64,000 nt of DNA from Candidatus Hydrogenedentota bacterium (GCA_963674865.2 CAXXYE010000004.1:256001-320000); one strand, 5' to 3'. Counted from the first letter of the stretch, positions 1-9,754 are shown. Translations and numbers: made by a program. The notes: a model not told the origin generated them from the letters alone.

Positions 1-447
1 CATCTTCCCGATGTCATGCAGGAGCCCGGCGATGAAGTCCTCGCCCTGAAGGCCCAATTCCATGTGGGTGGCGAGTTTCTTCGCGAGTGCGCCGACCATT
101 ACGGAGTGGCGCCATAGGTCTTGCGCGAGGAGGACAGCGGTGTACTCGTCCCGCAGGGCGGCGAATACGGAGATACCCATGACGATGTTGCGAATCTCTC
201 TAACGCCCAGGATGACGAGGGCGAGCTTGAGGGTGCCCACGTACTGCTTCATGCCGTAGTAGGGCGAATTGCTGACTCGCAGAATCTTGGCTGTCAGGGC
301 GGGGTCGCGCTGGATGGCGTCGCTGACTTCGGACAAGGCGGTATTCGGATCTTCGGTTAGTCTCAGTACTTCGGCCACAATCTCGGGCATGGCCGGTAGG
401 TCGCCCACGCGCGCAACTACTTTGTCCAGGGCACTATTCTCGTCCAC
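1..447 (-). CDS. HDOD domain-containing signalling protein (5' part; runs off window start)
   Basis: Not in the ORF track. My translation from GTG at 447: MDENSALDKVVARVGDLPAMPEIVAEVL...IQRDPALTAKILRVSNSPYYG...LWRHSVMVG...FIAGLLHDIGKM, which carries the HDOD motifs (LPxxP, DPALTAKILRxxNS, GLLHDIGK). Purine-rich RBS upstream. Confidence 0.9.
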   Translation of the reverse strand, partial: MDENSALDKVVARVGDLPAMPEIVAEVLRLTEDPNTALSEVSDAIQRDPALTAKILRVSNSPYYGMKQYVGTLKLALVILGVREIRNIVMGISVFAALRDEYTAVLLAQDLWRHSVMVGALAKKLATHMELGLQGEDFIAGLLHDIGKM

Positions 448-528
448 GTTTCATCTGCCCCCTTGAGGTCAATCCGGTTTCTTTTTCCAAGCACACTAAC
501 AGTTCACTTCACGTAATTCCGCTGTCGC

Positions 529-1359
529 TCAACGCGTAAGCAGCAGCGGGCACCCGGCGTGATTCATGGCGTAGGCGGTCGTGCTGCCCACGACGAACTC
601 CCGCACTTTCGTGTGTCCGTACGCCCCCATAACAAGCAGATCGGCCTTGGCTTCCTCCGCGTATCCCACGATGACTTCGCTTGGATCGCCCGCGCGGACG
701 ACGTAGGCAGCGTCCACGTCGTGCGTTCCGAGATATGCCTTTGCTTCCTCGATGCGCTCCTCGGCGCTACGGCCGCCGACGGTAAGGACGTCGAAGGGCC
801 TGTGCCAGTTCTCACCAATATTGGCCGCTGTTTGAAGGGCCTTCTTGGCATGGGGCGAGGCATCGTAGGCCACAAGAAACCGCCCGGAGCCGGGGGCGTC
901 GGTAGCTGTTACGAGTACGGGGCCGGCGGCCCGGCGGACGACGGCCTCGGTGGTCGAGCCGACGAGGCCGTCAAGCCATTGATCGTGCTCGCCGCCGCGG
1001 CCCATGACAATGAGGTCGGCCAGTTCGCCCCTTTCGATGATGCAGCGGGCGACAATGCCGACATCCTGGGTCGATTCGCAACGCACCCCGGCCTCTTCGC
1101 AGACCTCGCGGAAAGCCTCCAAGACCGCTTTTCCTCGCTCCTCGAGGATCATGGCGATATTGCCCTGGTAGTTGAGGTACGGGGCCGTGCCGAGAGAAGC
1201 CGAGATGTCGCGTAGGAATGGCCCCTCAAGGAGTTTGATGTCCACCACGTGTAGCCCGTGGAGGACCGCCTCGTAGCGCTTTGCCAGGGCCGCTGCGTAA
1301 CGTACGCCAATGGAGGCAGAATCACTTCCGTCAGTGGGCACGAGTATGCGTTTGATCAT
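529..1359 (-). CDS. Universal stress protein with tandem Usp domains
   Basis: MIKRILVPTDGS...DLIVMGRGG...LVGSTTEAVVR, then a second domain FLVAYDAS...DLLVMGAYGH...VVGSTT. Start placed at ATG 1359, which overlaps the hisH stop (ATGA). Confidence 0.92.
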   Translation of the reverse strand: MIKRILVPTDGSDSASIGVRYAAALAKRYEAVLHGLHVVDIKLLEGPFLRDISASLGTAPYLNYQGNIAMILEERGKAVLEAFREVCEEAGVRCESTQDVGIVARCIIERGELADLIVMGRGGEHDQWLDGLVGSTTEAVVRRAAGPVLVTATDAPGSGRFLVAYDASPHAKKALQTAANIGENWHRPFDVLTVGGRSAEERIEEAKAYLGTHDVDAAYVVRAGDPSEVIVGYAEEAKADLLVMGAYGHTKVREFVVGSTTAYAMNHAGCPLLLTR

Positions 1360-1988
1360 GATTCGCGTTCCGCCATCCGGCCAAAGGCTTGAAGGATCTT
1401 CATGCCTTCGCGCTGACTCTTCTCCGGGTGAAACTGAACTGCATATACGTTGTCCCGGCCCACGACGGCCGGAAAGGTCACGCCGTAGGTGCTGGTGGCG
1501 CAAATCAGGGCGTCATCCGTAGGCTGGGCGTGGTAACTATGCACGAAGTAGACGTATGGGCGCCAATCCGCATCCGGCAACAGTGGGCAGGGGTGCTCGG
1601 GATTGGGCTCGAGTTGATTCCATCCCATGTGAGGCACCTTGAGGTTTGCCATTTTGGGGTGAGGGAATCGCACCACCGAACCGGGGAATATGCCCAAGCC
1701 CTTGGAGCCCTGTCCTTCTTCGCTGTACTCGAAGAGGAGTTGAAGTCCGACGCAGATGCCAAGGAAGGGCCGGCCGCTTTGGGCGGCGTCAATGACGGGC
1801 CCCGTCAGATTGCGCTCCACAAGCCCGTTGTAGCAGTCGGCAAAGGCGCCGACGCCGGGGAGGACGACGGCCTCCGCCCGTTCGACATCGCTGGTTTTTT
1901 CCGAGATGACGGCTTCGTAGCCGACGTTCTCGAAGCCCTTCTGGGCACTCCGCAGATTGCCCATGCCGTAATCGACGATGACGATCAT
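1356..1988 (-). CDS. hisH: Imidazole glycerol phosphate synthase, glutamine amidotransferase subunit
   Basis: IVDYGMGNLRS, LPGVGAF, LGICVGLQLL, KVPHMGWN, YFVHSY, QFHPEKS. Confidence 0.97.
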   Translation of the reverse strand: MIVIVDYGMGNLRSAQKGFENVGYEAVISEKTSDVERAEAVVLPGVGAFADCYNGLVERNLTGPVIDAAQSGRPFLGICVGLQLLFEYSEEGQGSKGLGIFPGSVVRFPHPKMANLKVPHMGWNQLEPNPEHPCPLLPDADWRPYVYFVHSYHAQPTDDALICATSTYGVTFPAVVGRDNVYAVQFHPEKSQREGMKILQAFGRMAERES

Positions 1989-2575
1989 GTCTCCAACATG
2001 CCTTTGGTGGAAGGCACATCCTGGACCCGGGGATCGAGCTGAACGGCCTGGGCCAGGGCCTTGGCGAATGCCTTGAAAATGCCTTCGATACAGTGGTGTG
2101 CGTTGGCGCCGTAGCGCAGCACAATGTGAAGGGTGGTGCGGCTATTCATGGCGAAGGCGCGGAAGAACTCCTCGACGAGTTCCGCGTCGAAATCGCCTAC
2201 CTTGCTGCGAGGTATCTGCGCCTGAAAGGCAAGGAAGGGCCGCCCGCTCAAATCGATGGAGACTTCGGCCATGGCCTCGTCCATGGGGATGACGGCATGG
2301 CCGAAACGCGTGAGGCCCTTCGTGTCCTTGAGTGCCTTCTGTAGGGCCTTGCCGAGGCATATGCCGATGTCCTCGACGGTGTGGTGGGCATCGACCTCGA
2401 GATCGCCCTTGGCGCGCACGGATAGGTCGCAAAGCCCATGACGAGCCACATGAGTGAGCATATGATCAAGAAAACCGACGCCTGTCGCGATGTCCGCTTC
2501 GCCGGAGCCGTCGAGAACGAGCTTGACGGCGATGTCGGTTTCCTTGGTTTTTCTGGTGATATTGCCCTGCCGCAT
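1985..2575 (-). CDS. hisB: Imidazoleglycerol-phosphate dehydratase
   Basis: RKTKETDI, GFLDHML, DAHHTVEDIGI, PMDEA, NAHHCIEGIFKAF, VPSTKG. Confidence 0.97.
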   Translation of the reverse strand: MRQGNITRKTKETDIAVKLVLDGSGEADIATGVGFLDHMLTHVARHGLCDLSVRAKGDLEVDAHHTVEDIGICLGKALQKALKDTKGLTRFGHAVIPMDEAMAEVSIDLSGRPFLAFQAQIPRSKVGDFDAELVEEFFRAFAMNSRTTLHIVLRYGANAHHCIEGIFKAFAKALAQAVQLDPRVQDVPSTKGMLET

Positions 2576-2589
2576 GGAAAGCCTCTCTG

Positions 2590-3315
2590 CTATCGCCCAA
2601 GAGACAGGCGTTCGGCGAGGAAGTGGGGCAGTCCTTCCTCCCGGATGCGGTTAGCGGCGAGTTTGACCTCGTAGGCCACCCGCACCAATTCGTATTCACT
2701 TTTCTCGGTGTCGAGGATCCCGAAGGCGCTGCGTGGGTCGCCGTCACGGGGCTGCCCGACTGAGCCTGGATTTACGAAAAACACCTTGCCTTTGTCAAGA
2801 ATAAACTTCGCCTGAGCGTCCAGTCCATAGGTGCCGTCCGTCGAGAAGATACCGGGACTATGCGTATGGCCAAAGAAACACAGGGAACATCCCTCCGCCA
2901 GAACATGGTCCACGTGGGGAAGGATGTCCTCCCATGAGAACAGATAGGTGTTGCGGTTGGCGGGGGAGCCATGGGCCGCCACGAAATCACCGAAGGCGCG
3001 TGTATCGGGAAGTTGGCGGAGCCACTCGAGATTGTCGTGGGCGAGGTTGTCGCGAGTCCACATGGCGGCCTGAAGGGCAATCGGATTGAATCCCCACGGT
3101 TCTTCGAGTCCGCAAGCGACGGCATCGTGATTGCCGCAGATAGTAGGGATGTCCTTTTCTCGAATGATCTCAACGCATTCGTTTGGCGATCCGTTGTATC
3201 CGACCACGTCGCCCAGACAGACAATTTGGTCCACGCCAATCTCCTCGATCCTGTCCAGTACGGCAACCAAGGCTTCGAGATTGGCGTGAAGATCAGAGAT
3301 GATCGCGTATTTCAA
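2590..3315 (-). CDS. Calcineurin-like metallophosphoesterase (Metallophos_2 family)
   Basis: ISDLHAN, LGDVVGY, GNHD, AHGSP, FGHTH, NPGSVGQPRDGDPR; TTG start. Confidence 0.9.
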   Translation of the reverse strand: MKYAIISDLHANLEALVAVLDRIEEIGVDQIVCLGDVVGYNGSPNECVEIIREKDIPTICGNHDAVACGLEEPWGFNPIALQAAMWTRDNLAHDNLEWLRQLPDTRAFGDFVAAHGSPANRNTYLFSWEDILPHVDHVLAEGCSLCFFGHTHSPGIFSTDGTYGLDAQAKFILDKGKVFFVNPGSVGQPRDGDPRSAFGILDTEKSEYELVRVAYEVKLAANRIREEGLPHFLAERLSLGR

Positions 3316-3397
3316 ACCGACTGCCTTTCAATTGCTTCTTCCGAACCGGGCCAAAACACCCAGCCACAAGGACGTGTGTTCTGTCCGAAGGCACCCC

Positions 3398-3427
3398 ACC
3401 ATACCGGGTCTGTGCGGCAAATTACAA
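3398..3427 (-). promoter_or_regulatory. Possible sigma70 promoter for the phosphoesterase-hisB-hisH-usp operon
   Basis: TTGTAA-N18-TATGGT on the minus strand, about 80 nt upstream of the TTG start; weak match. Confidence 0.25.
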
Positions 3428-3855
3428 GTCTAGAGGACGGGCCCTCTTACCTCATGTTTCCTCTCTTCTTCGCCCGAGCCGACGCCGGGCAAAACCAACG
3501 GAGGACACTCATCGGAAGCAGGTGTTGGGCGACCTCCTCTGGTGGGCTCACTCGCCGGACTTCTGACGCCGGCGACTTCTTAACATGATAGCTTCAAAGC
3601 TTCTTCGGTATCCGCCCAGGCGTCCCGTAGCCTTGCGTTTGGCCTGATCTAGCCGCACCTATCCTATTGAGTGTGCCGACGCCATTGAACTCTTGCTTTG
3701 ACTCGTGGTCAAATGCCAGGAGGAGCAGCGATCGACGGAACCGTATGCAGTAGCCTGTATTCCGTGCATCTACCAGAGGCTCGGCCTGAACATGGCCGAG
3801 AAACCTGCAAATCCATGGGGTGGAGGAGCAGACAAGGCATCACAGGAGTGAACGC

Positions 3856-5379
3856 ATGAGAAGGCGTGATTTCCTCAGACAGACAACAACGGCCCTAGCG
3901 GGCGCCGCGGCGGCTTCGCAGCCCACTTTTTCTTCTGCTGAGGACGCCGTCCGGCCTGACATACTTCTCATCATGCCCGATCAAATGCGCGGGGACTGCC
4001 TGTCGGTTTTGGGGCACGCGGCTGTCCGTACGCCAACGTTGGACAAACTCGCAGAGGAGGGTGCGCTCTTTCGACGGGCGTACACGGGCGTAGCGTCGTG
4101 CATACCGGCGCGTTACGAGCTTCTTACGGGCCTCCATCCGCAGACAAGCGGGGTGGTAGGCTTCAAGGCGAAACCCATTACCACGGTGAGCATGCCCGCG
4201 GCCCTGGCTGCCGCGGGGTATGAGACGGCTCTCGTGGGGCGCTATATGCATCAACTGCCCGAAAGCGGCAATTGCGGCTACAAACGGGAGATACTTGGCT
4301 CGACCCACGTGGAGAATGACGAGTATCACAAGTTTCTGCGGGAGGCAGTGCCGGAGGCCAAAGAACTCAGGAATTACTTCACAAGTATGGGCCTAACCTA
4401 CAATCATTGGCAGGCGAAGCCATGGCCTCTAGCAGAGAACTTGCATCCCACGGCCTGGAGCGTGGCCCGGTCGCGCGATGTAGTGCGCGAGTCCGATTCG
4501 AAAACGCCCCTGTTCTTGACAACATCCTTTTATGCACCGCACCCGCCGCTATTCCCGCCTGAAAAGTACTTCGCCCCTCTGTTGGCGAGCGAGCACCTGC
4601 CTTCACCGGCGCACGGGGATTGGGTTGACTGGGAGGCGCTGACGCCCGAAGGCGACAAGCAGGGCCACCGCGTGTTGCTGGAGGGTGATGTCCTTCGCAA
4701 TGCGCAGGCCGGCTATTACGGACTCATCGAGCACCTCGACAGCCAGATCGCACTTCTAATCGAAGACTTCAAGGCTCGAAGTGAGCGAGCGAATAGGCCT
4801 TGGGTGATCGTATTCACGACAGATCACGGCGAGATGATGGGCGACCACGGCTATTTCCGCAAGTGCGAGCCATTCGAAGGTTCAGCCAATATCCCGTTTA
4901 TCATTGCCGGTTCGCGCGAGCTTGGATTCCGGCGGGGCCTGAAGATAAGGCAACCGGTTTGTCTGGCAGACATCATGCCGACATTGCTTGGCCTAGGCGG
5001 GGCAGATACGCCTGAGTACGTTGACGGTGTTGACTTGACGTTGACGCTCCGGGGCCGTGAAGAGCGAATTCGGGAATGGCTTCATTTTGAACACGCTCCG
5101 TGCTATAGCGAAGCACAGGCTTATCACGCACTGACGGATGGACGCCACAAGTACATCTGGCGCCCCGCGGATGGGCGTGAGCATTTGTTTGATCTCGAGA
5201 AGGATCCGCGGGAAGAGCGAGACTTGGCAACGGTGTCGTCGCAGCGTGCCACGCTGGACGCATGGCGCGCGCGCCTGGTGAAGCGTCTTTCCGACAGGCC
5301 CGAGGGTTTCGTGGCAGATGGCGGTTTGGCGCCTGGCCGCCCTTACCATCCGCTCAACGAAGGGACCTTGTGCAGCTAG
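3856..5379 (+). CDS. Sulfatase (Cys-type, formylglycine-dependent) with Tat signal peptide
   Basis: MRRRDFLRQ twin-arginine motif with AGGAG RBS before ATG 3856; PDILLIMPDQMRGD, CIPAR (CxPxR), PHPP, TDHGEMMGDHG. Confidence 0.92.
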   Translation: MRRRDFLRQTTTALAGAAAASQPTFSSAEDAVRPDILLIMPDQMRGDCLSVLGHAAVRTPTLDKLAEEGALFRRAYTGVASCIPARYELLTGLHPQTSGVVGFKAKPITTVSMPAALAAAGYETALVGRYMHQLPESGNCGYKREILGSTHVENDEYHKFLREAVPEAKELRNYFTSMGLTYNHWQAKPWPLAENLHPTAWSVARSRDVVRESDSKTPLFLTTSFYAPHPPLFPPEKYFAPLLASEHLPSPAHGDWVDWEALTPEGDKQGHRVLLEGDVLRNAQAGYYGLIEHLDSQIALLIEDFKARSERANRPWVIVFTTDHGEMMGDHGYFRKCEPFEGSANIPFIIAGSRELGFRRGLKIRQPVCLADIMPTLLGLGGADTPEYVDGVDLTLTLRGREERIREWLHFEHAPCYSEAQAYHALTDGRHKYIWRPADGREHLFDLEKDPREERDLATVSSQRATLDAWRARLVKRLSDRPEGFVADGGLAPGRPYHPLNEGTLCS

Positions 5380-5499
5380 CCTAACGTTGGGAGACCCCCC
5401 GGCTGTGCCGGGGAGGCAGCCGAAGTTTGACAGTTCCAGGAGTCCATCGACGAAACTCCTAGGCGTGAGCCGCTCAAGCACACGCAGAGGAGTTCATCG

Positions 5500-5931
5500 A
5501 TGGACGATTACCAGAGTCTAAGTCACACGAAATGGGAGTGCAAATACCATGTGGTGTTTATCCCGAAAGGCCGGCGGAAGACGCTGTATAAGGCGCTGCG
5601 GGAGCACCTGGGTGAGGTGTTTCGGGAACTTGCGTTGAGAAAGGAGAGCCGGGTTGAGGAAGGTCACCTGATGCCCGACCATGTGCACATGATGCTGACG
5701 ATTCCCCCGAAGTACGCCGTATCGCAGGTGGTGGGCTACGTCAAAGGGAAGAGCGCGATTCACATTGCTCGGGTCTATAGTGAGCGCAAGCGCAACTTCG
5801 TGGGGCAGCACTTCTGGGCACGGGGCTACTTCGTTTCTACCTTGGGCCGAGACGAGGAGGTGATACGGGACTACATCAGGCGGCAGGAGCAGGAAGACCG
5901 CCGCCTGGACCAGATGGATATGCTACGCTGA
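5500..5931 (+). CDS. tnpA: IS200/IS605 family Y1 (HUH) transposase
   Basis: SLSHTKWECKYHVVFIPK, HUH motif DHVHM, FWARGYFVST, catalytic Tyr in IRDYIRRQ; GAGGAG RBS. Confidence 0.96.
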   Translation: MDDYQSLSHTKWECKYHVVFIPKGRRKTLYKALREHLGEVFRELALRKESRVEEGHLMPDHVHMMLTIPPKYAVSQVVGYVKGKSAIHIARVYSERKRNFVGQHFWARGYFVSTLGRDEEVIRDYIRRQEQEDRRLDQMDMLR

Positions 5932-5933
5932 CA

Positions 5934-5952
5934 GCCACCCGATAAGGGTGGC
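5934..5952 (+). other. Hairpin immediately after the tnpA stop
   Basis: GCCACCC-GATAA-GGGTGGC perfect 7-bp stem. Confidence 0.6.
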
Positions 5953-6253
5953 CCCAACGCGCGAGCGCGCTAGCGCCCAGCGCAGCCGCTTTGAGCGCCT
6001 CACGGTAAAGCCCCCGGCTCTGCCGGGGGATACTTACTGCAGTCTGAAAGGCCTGGCGCCCTGTTCGCCGCAAGGCAACGAGTGCCGTGGCCGCAGGAGG
6101 CCCCCAGTGGCCGGGCTGCCGATTGTGCCGCGCGTCAAGTCGTTTGGATTAAAGCTATTGGCAAGACAAGCACCCTTACCTAACGGGTGAGTATGTCCTA
6201 AGAGACGGAGTTGATAAGAAGCGCCCAGTGCGCGGCATGATCGAGTTTCCCGG

Positions 6254-8620
6254 ATGGGCGGGAGAACCAACTTGTTGCATGAGAGAAAGGTGAGTGACGA
6301 GGGCCAAGACAAGGTGAGGCCGTTCCGCTCACCTGAGTTCCTTGCGGCTCTTCTCACGTTCACCGTGAGCATGGCCTGGTTCTGTGGGCACCTGAGGCCG
6401 GGCACGGAGTTTGGCATTTGGCAGGGGCCCATGCTGGAAGGGGGGGGGCTCCACGCGTTGCCTGTCCTGGCAGAGGGTATGACGGCGATAGTGAGGCGTT
6501 TGCCGGGGGGCACGTTTGCCTGGCGCCTGAGTGTCTTGTCGGCGGCCTTTGGGGGGCTTGCAGCGGGGATGGCGGCGTTCATTGGAGCGTCGATTGCGGC
6601 GAGAGTCGCGCACCGTTCGGCCGCCCTATTCTGCGGTGTACTGTGCGGCATATGGTTCGCTACGACGCCGTCGGTAACGCATGCCGCTACGGGGGCGGGG
6701 CCCGGCACGCTGAGTGCGGCGCTGGGCATGATGTCTTTGGCCGGACTGGTGATATATGTACAGGGGAGGCGGGACTTAGGCGTTCTCTGCGTGACTTCGC
6801 TCTGTGCCGGGCTGGCGACGGCGAACCATGTATCCCTGGGACTTCTCGTGCTGCCGGTTCTGCTCGTTTCGTTGATCTGCGATGACGATGGTATCCACGG
6901 CTTCCGGCGGGCGGTGCTGGCGCTCGCGGTTTTCGCCGCAATGACGCAGATACCGGTGGCTGTGGCGCTCCTTAGAGGGGAGACGCTGCGCGGTTTTCTT
7001 GGGCATGCCGTGCGTGCTCCTTATCCTACCTTTGGCGGCGGCCAGCCACACTTGGGATTTGGGCGGGAGCTCATGGGGGAATTGCCGCTGACGGCCATCG
7101 TGGCGGGGCTGCTGGGCGCCCTGATGTTCGCGAGTGCGGCGACGCGTCCGGCCGGACTCATCTGCGTCTTTGTGTTCCTGGTCTTTGGGCCTTTCCTGCC
7201 TTTGTTTACGCACCAGGGGGCGGCGGGCTATGCGCTGCGGGATGATGGCGGGCCGCGTCTCTTGGTGCTGGCGGCGACGGCAGTGTTTAGCGGGTGCGGC
7301 GTGCTTCTGGCCGTGGAGCGCTTGGCGAAAGGGCCTCGATATGTAGTGGCGAGAGCTATCGTGCTGGTGGGCGTTGCTTGTGCCCTTGTGGCGAGTCAGT
7401 GGGCGCCTTGGCCGAGTGGGAGTACCGGTGCGGCGTCCGAAGTCGCGGACGAGATCATGGCCGGTTGCCCGCCCGACGCAATTCTTTTCAGCGGCGATCC
7501 CGCGCTCACTTCCCTGGTGATCGCGGCACAGCAATGTGAGGGCAAGCGACAGGATGTTGTGGTGCTGCCGGCCCCTTACTTGGCGAATCCGGTGCAAAGG
7601 CGGAGGCTCTCGGCGCGGATTGGCGAAAGGGCAAGCCTGAGCGTGGATTATCCGCCGCGGGATGCGGTCGAGGTTTGGCGGCGGGAGGCGCCTATGCTGG
7701 TGCTTCGACTGCTGGAAGGGCGTGCAAAAGGGGAGTTGGGACGAAGCAGCCTGGAAGACCTGGCCTTGTGGGATTTCGTAAAGGAGAACGCCGCGCGGCG
7801 GCCTTTGTGCTTCATGGGGATGTCTTCGGCATGGCTTACGGCACGCGCACAGGTTTCGGGCTGTGTGTTGATCTATCCACGGCGCGAAGCGCCCGTCGCG
7901 GGCCGAGTGGAAAGGCTTCTCAGGAAGAACTTTGTGGGAGAACATGTGAATCGACGTCCCGACGCTTCCTGGGCCATCTACAACTTGCTGCTGCCGCTGG
8001 CCGAAGCGGCCCGACGGCAGGACCGCGGCGATGAGGCCTACCGCTTGGGCAGGTTGGCGACGATTGTCTGTCCTGGAAAACCGCAAGCGTGGTTAGGGCT
8101 TGCCCGTGTCAGCGCCCGGGCGGGGCGCAGGGAGGCCATGATGGAATTCGCGGCGGGGCATCTGCATGCGTTGGCCGCTGCGGAAGATGATGAGGGACTG
8201 AGCGAGGTACTGGGTTCAGACTTTGAGCGGTACGGGGCCGTCGAAGCGTTCAGGGCGGAATTGGCACAGGAGAGCGAGAAAGGAGTCCCGCGGCCTGATG
8301 TACGGAAAAGGGCTGCCGCCGAGCTTTGGGATTGGGATGAACTTGCGGTGTTGGCCGAGGGATATGGGCGCCTACTTGAGGCCTTTCCGACGGATGAGAG
8401 CGCGCTCTACCAGCGGGCGGCGGCCTTGGCGCAACTGGGAGATCTGGAAGGCGCTCGGCAGGACTTGAGCCGTTGGATCCGTGTTTCGCAGAGGTCTGAG
8501 GCGGAGATGGTGGCGTGTATCCGGGAGGATGGCCGCCTTGCCCTGCTGCGTACCTATGTGCCGGAGGAGGTCGAGCCGGAGTCGCCTGAAGTGGAAAGGG
8601 AGGGGCGGCCAACCTTGTAG
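6254..8620 (+). CDS. Polytopic membrane protein, DUF2723/GT-C glycosyltransferase-like, with C-terminal TPR-like repeats
   Basis: About 10 hydrophobic segments; AWRLSVLSAAFG and GLATANH motifs resemble DUF2723; soluble PPDAILF...GKRQDVVV segment; C-terminal TPR-like PTDESALYQRAAALAQLGDLEGARQDL. Start uncertain. Confidence 0.6.
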   Translation: MGGRTNLLHERKVSDEGQDKVRPFRSPEFLAALLTFTVSMAWFCGHLRPGTEFGIWQGPMLEGGGLHALPVLAEGMTAIVRRLPGGTFAWRLSVLSAAFGGLAAGMAAFIGASIAARVAHRSAALFCGVLCGIWFATTPSVTHAATGAGPGTLSAALGMMSLAGLVIYVQGRRDLGVLCVTSLCAGLATANHVSLGLLVLPVLLVSLICDDDGIHGFRRAVLALAVFAAMTQIPVAVALLRGETLRGFLGHAVRAPYPTFGGGQPHLGFGRELMGELPLTAIVAGLLGALMFASAATRPAGLICVFVFLVFGPFLPLFTHQGAAGYALRDDGGPRLLVLAATAVFSGCGVLLAVERLAKGPRYVVARAIVLVGVACALVASQWAPWPSGSTGAASEVADEIMAGCPPDAILFSGDPALTSLVIAAQQCEGKRQDVVVLPAPYLANPVQRRRLSARIGERASLSVDYPPRDAVEVWRREAPMLVLRLLEGRAKGELGRSSLEDLALWDFVKENAARRPLCFMGMSSAWLTARAQVSGCVLIYPRREAPVAGRVERLLRKNFVGEHVNRRPDASWAIYNLLLPLAEAARRQDRGDEAYRLGRLATIVCPGKPQAWLGLARVSARAGRREAMMEFAAGHLHALAAAEDDEGLSEVLGSDFERYGAVEAFRAELAQESEKGVPRPDVRKRAAAELWDWDELAVLAEGYGRLLEAFPTDESALYQRAAALAQLGDLEGARQDLSRWIRVSQRSEAEMVACIREDGRLALLRTYVPEEVEPESPEVEREGRPTL

Positions 8621-8944
8621 CTTCCTTTCCTTGGGGCTATGTAGGCTTGTGGCGCCGGGGCCGTAGTCGTTAGGATGTGGCACTACTTCCTTTGGCCCGC
8701 GGGGGCAAGGTTGTCAGGCGAGGATTTCGCCGGCCTGGGTATCTCACACGTAGTTGTCTGCGGCCTGCTTTTCTCACCTATCATTCAATGGGAACGGGCT
8801 TGGTGAGGACAAGCGGCCGAGGACGTCGTGAGACGCTCAGTGGACTTTCGAACAGCAGGCTTGGGAAGAAGATCGCCCGTTCCTCATGACGTGCGTGAGT
8901 CTCGTTATGCGGCTGTGAGAAAAGCAGGCTAAGGGAGTTCGGAT

Positions 8945-9754
8945 ATGGGCATTGTTCGGTGGTATCAGGGACTGATCGACGGGCTGCTTGCGTTCTTCCT
9001 GGAGCGTTTCGGATTGCCGGAACTGGCGCCGCAGTGGCGGCTACTCTACGAGATAGGCATTTCCCTTCTTCTTGTTTTCATGATCGCGGAGGTCGGCTTA
9101 CGCATTTATGAGGCCGTGAAGAAACGCCGGAACAAGCGGTCGCTCCTGGAGGACGAGCGCATTATCGAGCCGAAACTGAAGAAGCCGGGATTCATCGATA
9201 CGATTGAGGCGGCGCATCATCTGACGGGGACAATTCAGCCGCTTCTCAGGGCGAAGAAGTATGATCGGGTCGCGGATGTGTATGCATCGTTCAACATGCA
9301 TAAGGAGGCCGGCAAGTATTACCAGAAGGCGGGCGATCCGAAGCGGGCGGCCGTTGAATTGGCGAAAGCGGGGGAGACGCTCAAGGCGGCGAAGTTGCTT
9401 GTGAAGGCTGAGGATTATGTGACGGCGGCGCGCTTCTACTCGGAAGCGGGGAAGCATGAAGCCGCGGGCGACGCGCTGCGAGAGTCGGGCGATCTTCCGG
9501 CAGCGGCGGCGGCGTACTTCCGCGCCGAGCGCTATCCGAAGGCCGCCGAGTGCTTCGCGGATTACTTCGAGGAAGCGGGGGAGGCGGCACAGAGCCAACT
9601 CACGGCGGCTGATGCGTGCCTGCGTATGATTGAGACGGAGGCGATTCAAGAGAACGTTAACGCCGATTTCCTGAAAACGCTTGGCGAGACGCTTGCGGGT
9701 GTTTTTGAACAAGCGCAAAGGCCGGATTTGGCGCAGCGTGCCCGGGCCGTCTAG
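8945..9754 (+). CDS. Membrane-anchored TPR/alpha-solenoid repeat protein
   Basis: One N-terminal TM helix followed by short helical repeats (AGKYYQKAGD, AAKLLVKAED, AARFYSEAGK, AAAAYFRAER); GGGAG RBS. Confidence 0.7.
   Translation: MGIVRWYQGLIDGLLAFFLERFGLPELAPQWRLLYEIGISLLLVFMIAEVGLRIYEAVKKRRNKRSLLEDERIIEPKLKKPGFIDTIEAAHHLTGTIQPLLRAKKYDRVADVYASFNMHKEAGKYYQKAGDPKRAAVELAKAGETLKAAKLLVKAEDYVTAARFYSEAGKHEAAGDALRESGDLPAAAAAYFRAERYPKAAECFADYFEEAGEAAQSQLTAADACLRMIETEAIQENVNADFLKTLGETLAGVFEQAQRPDLAQRARAV

Larger units (their letters stand above)
5380..6037 (+). mobile_element. IS200/IS605-family insertion sequence, tnpA only
   Basis: Y1 transposase flanked by near-identical subterminal hairpins CCCCGGC-TGT-GCCGGGG (5397-5413) and CCCCCGGC-TCT-GCCGGGGG (6011-6029). 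Ends are inferred from guide/cleavage tetranucleotides (see findings). Confidence 0.82.

Noticed and set aside
3470..3600. Possible c-di-GMP riboswitch suggested by GGGCAAAACC
   Set aside because: The downstream GNRA loop and second stem of the GEMM motif could not be found.
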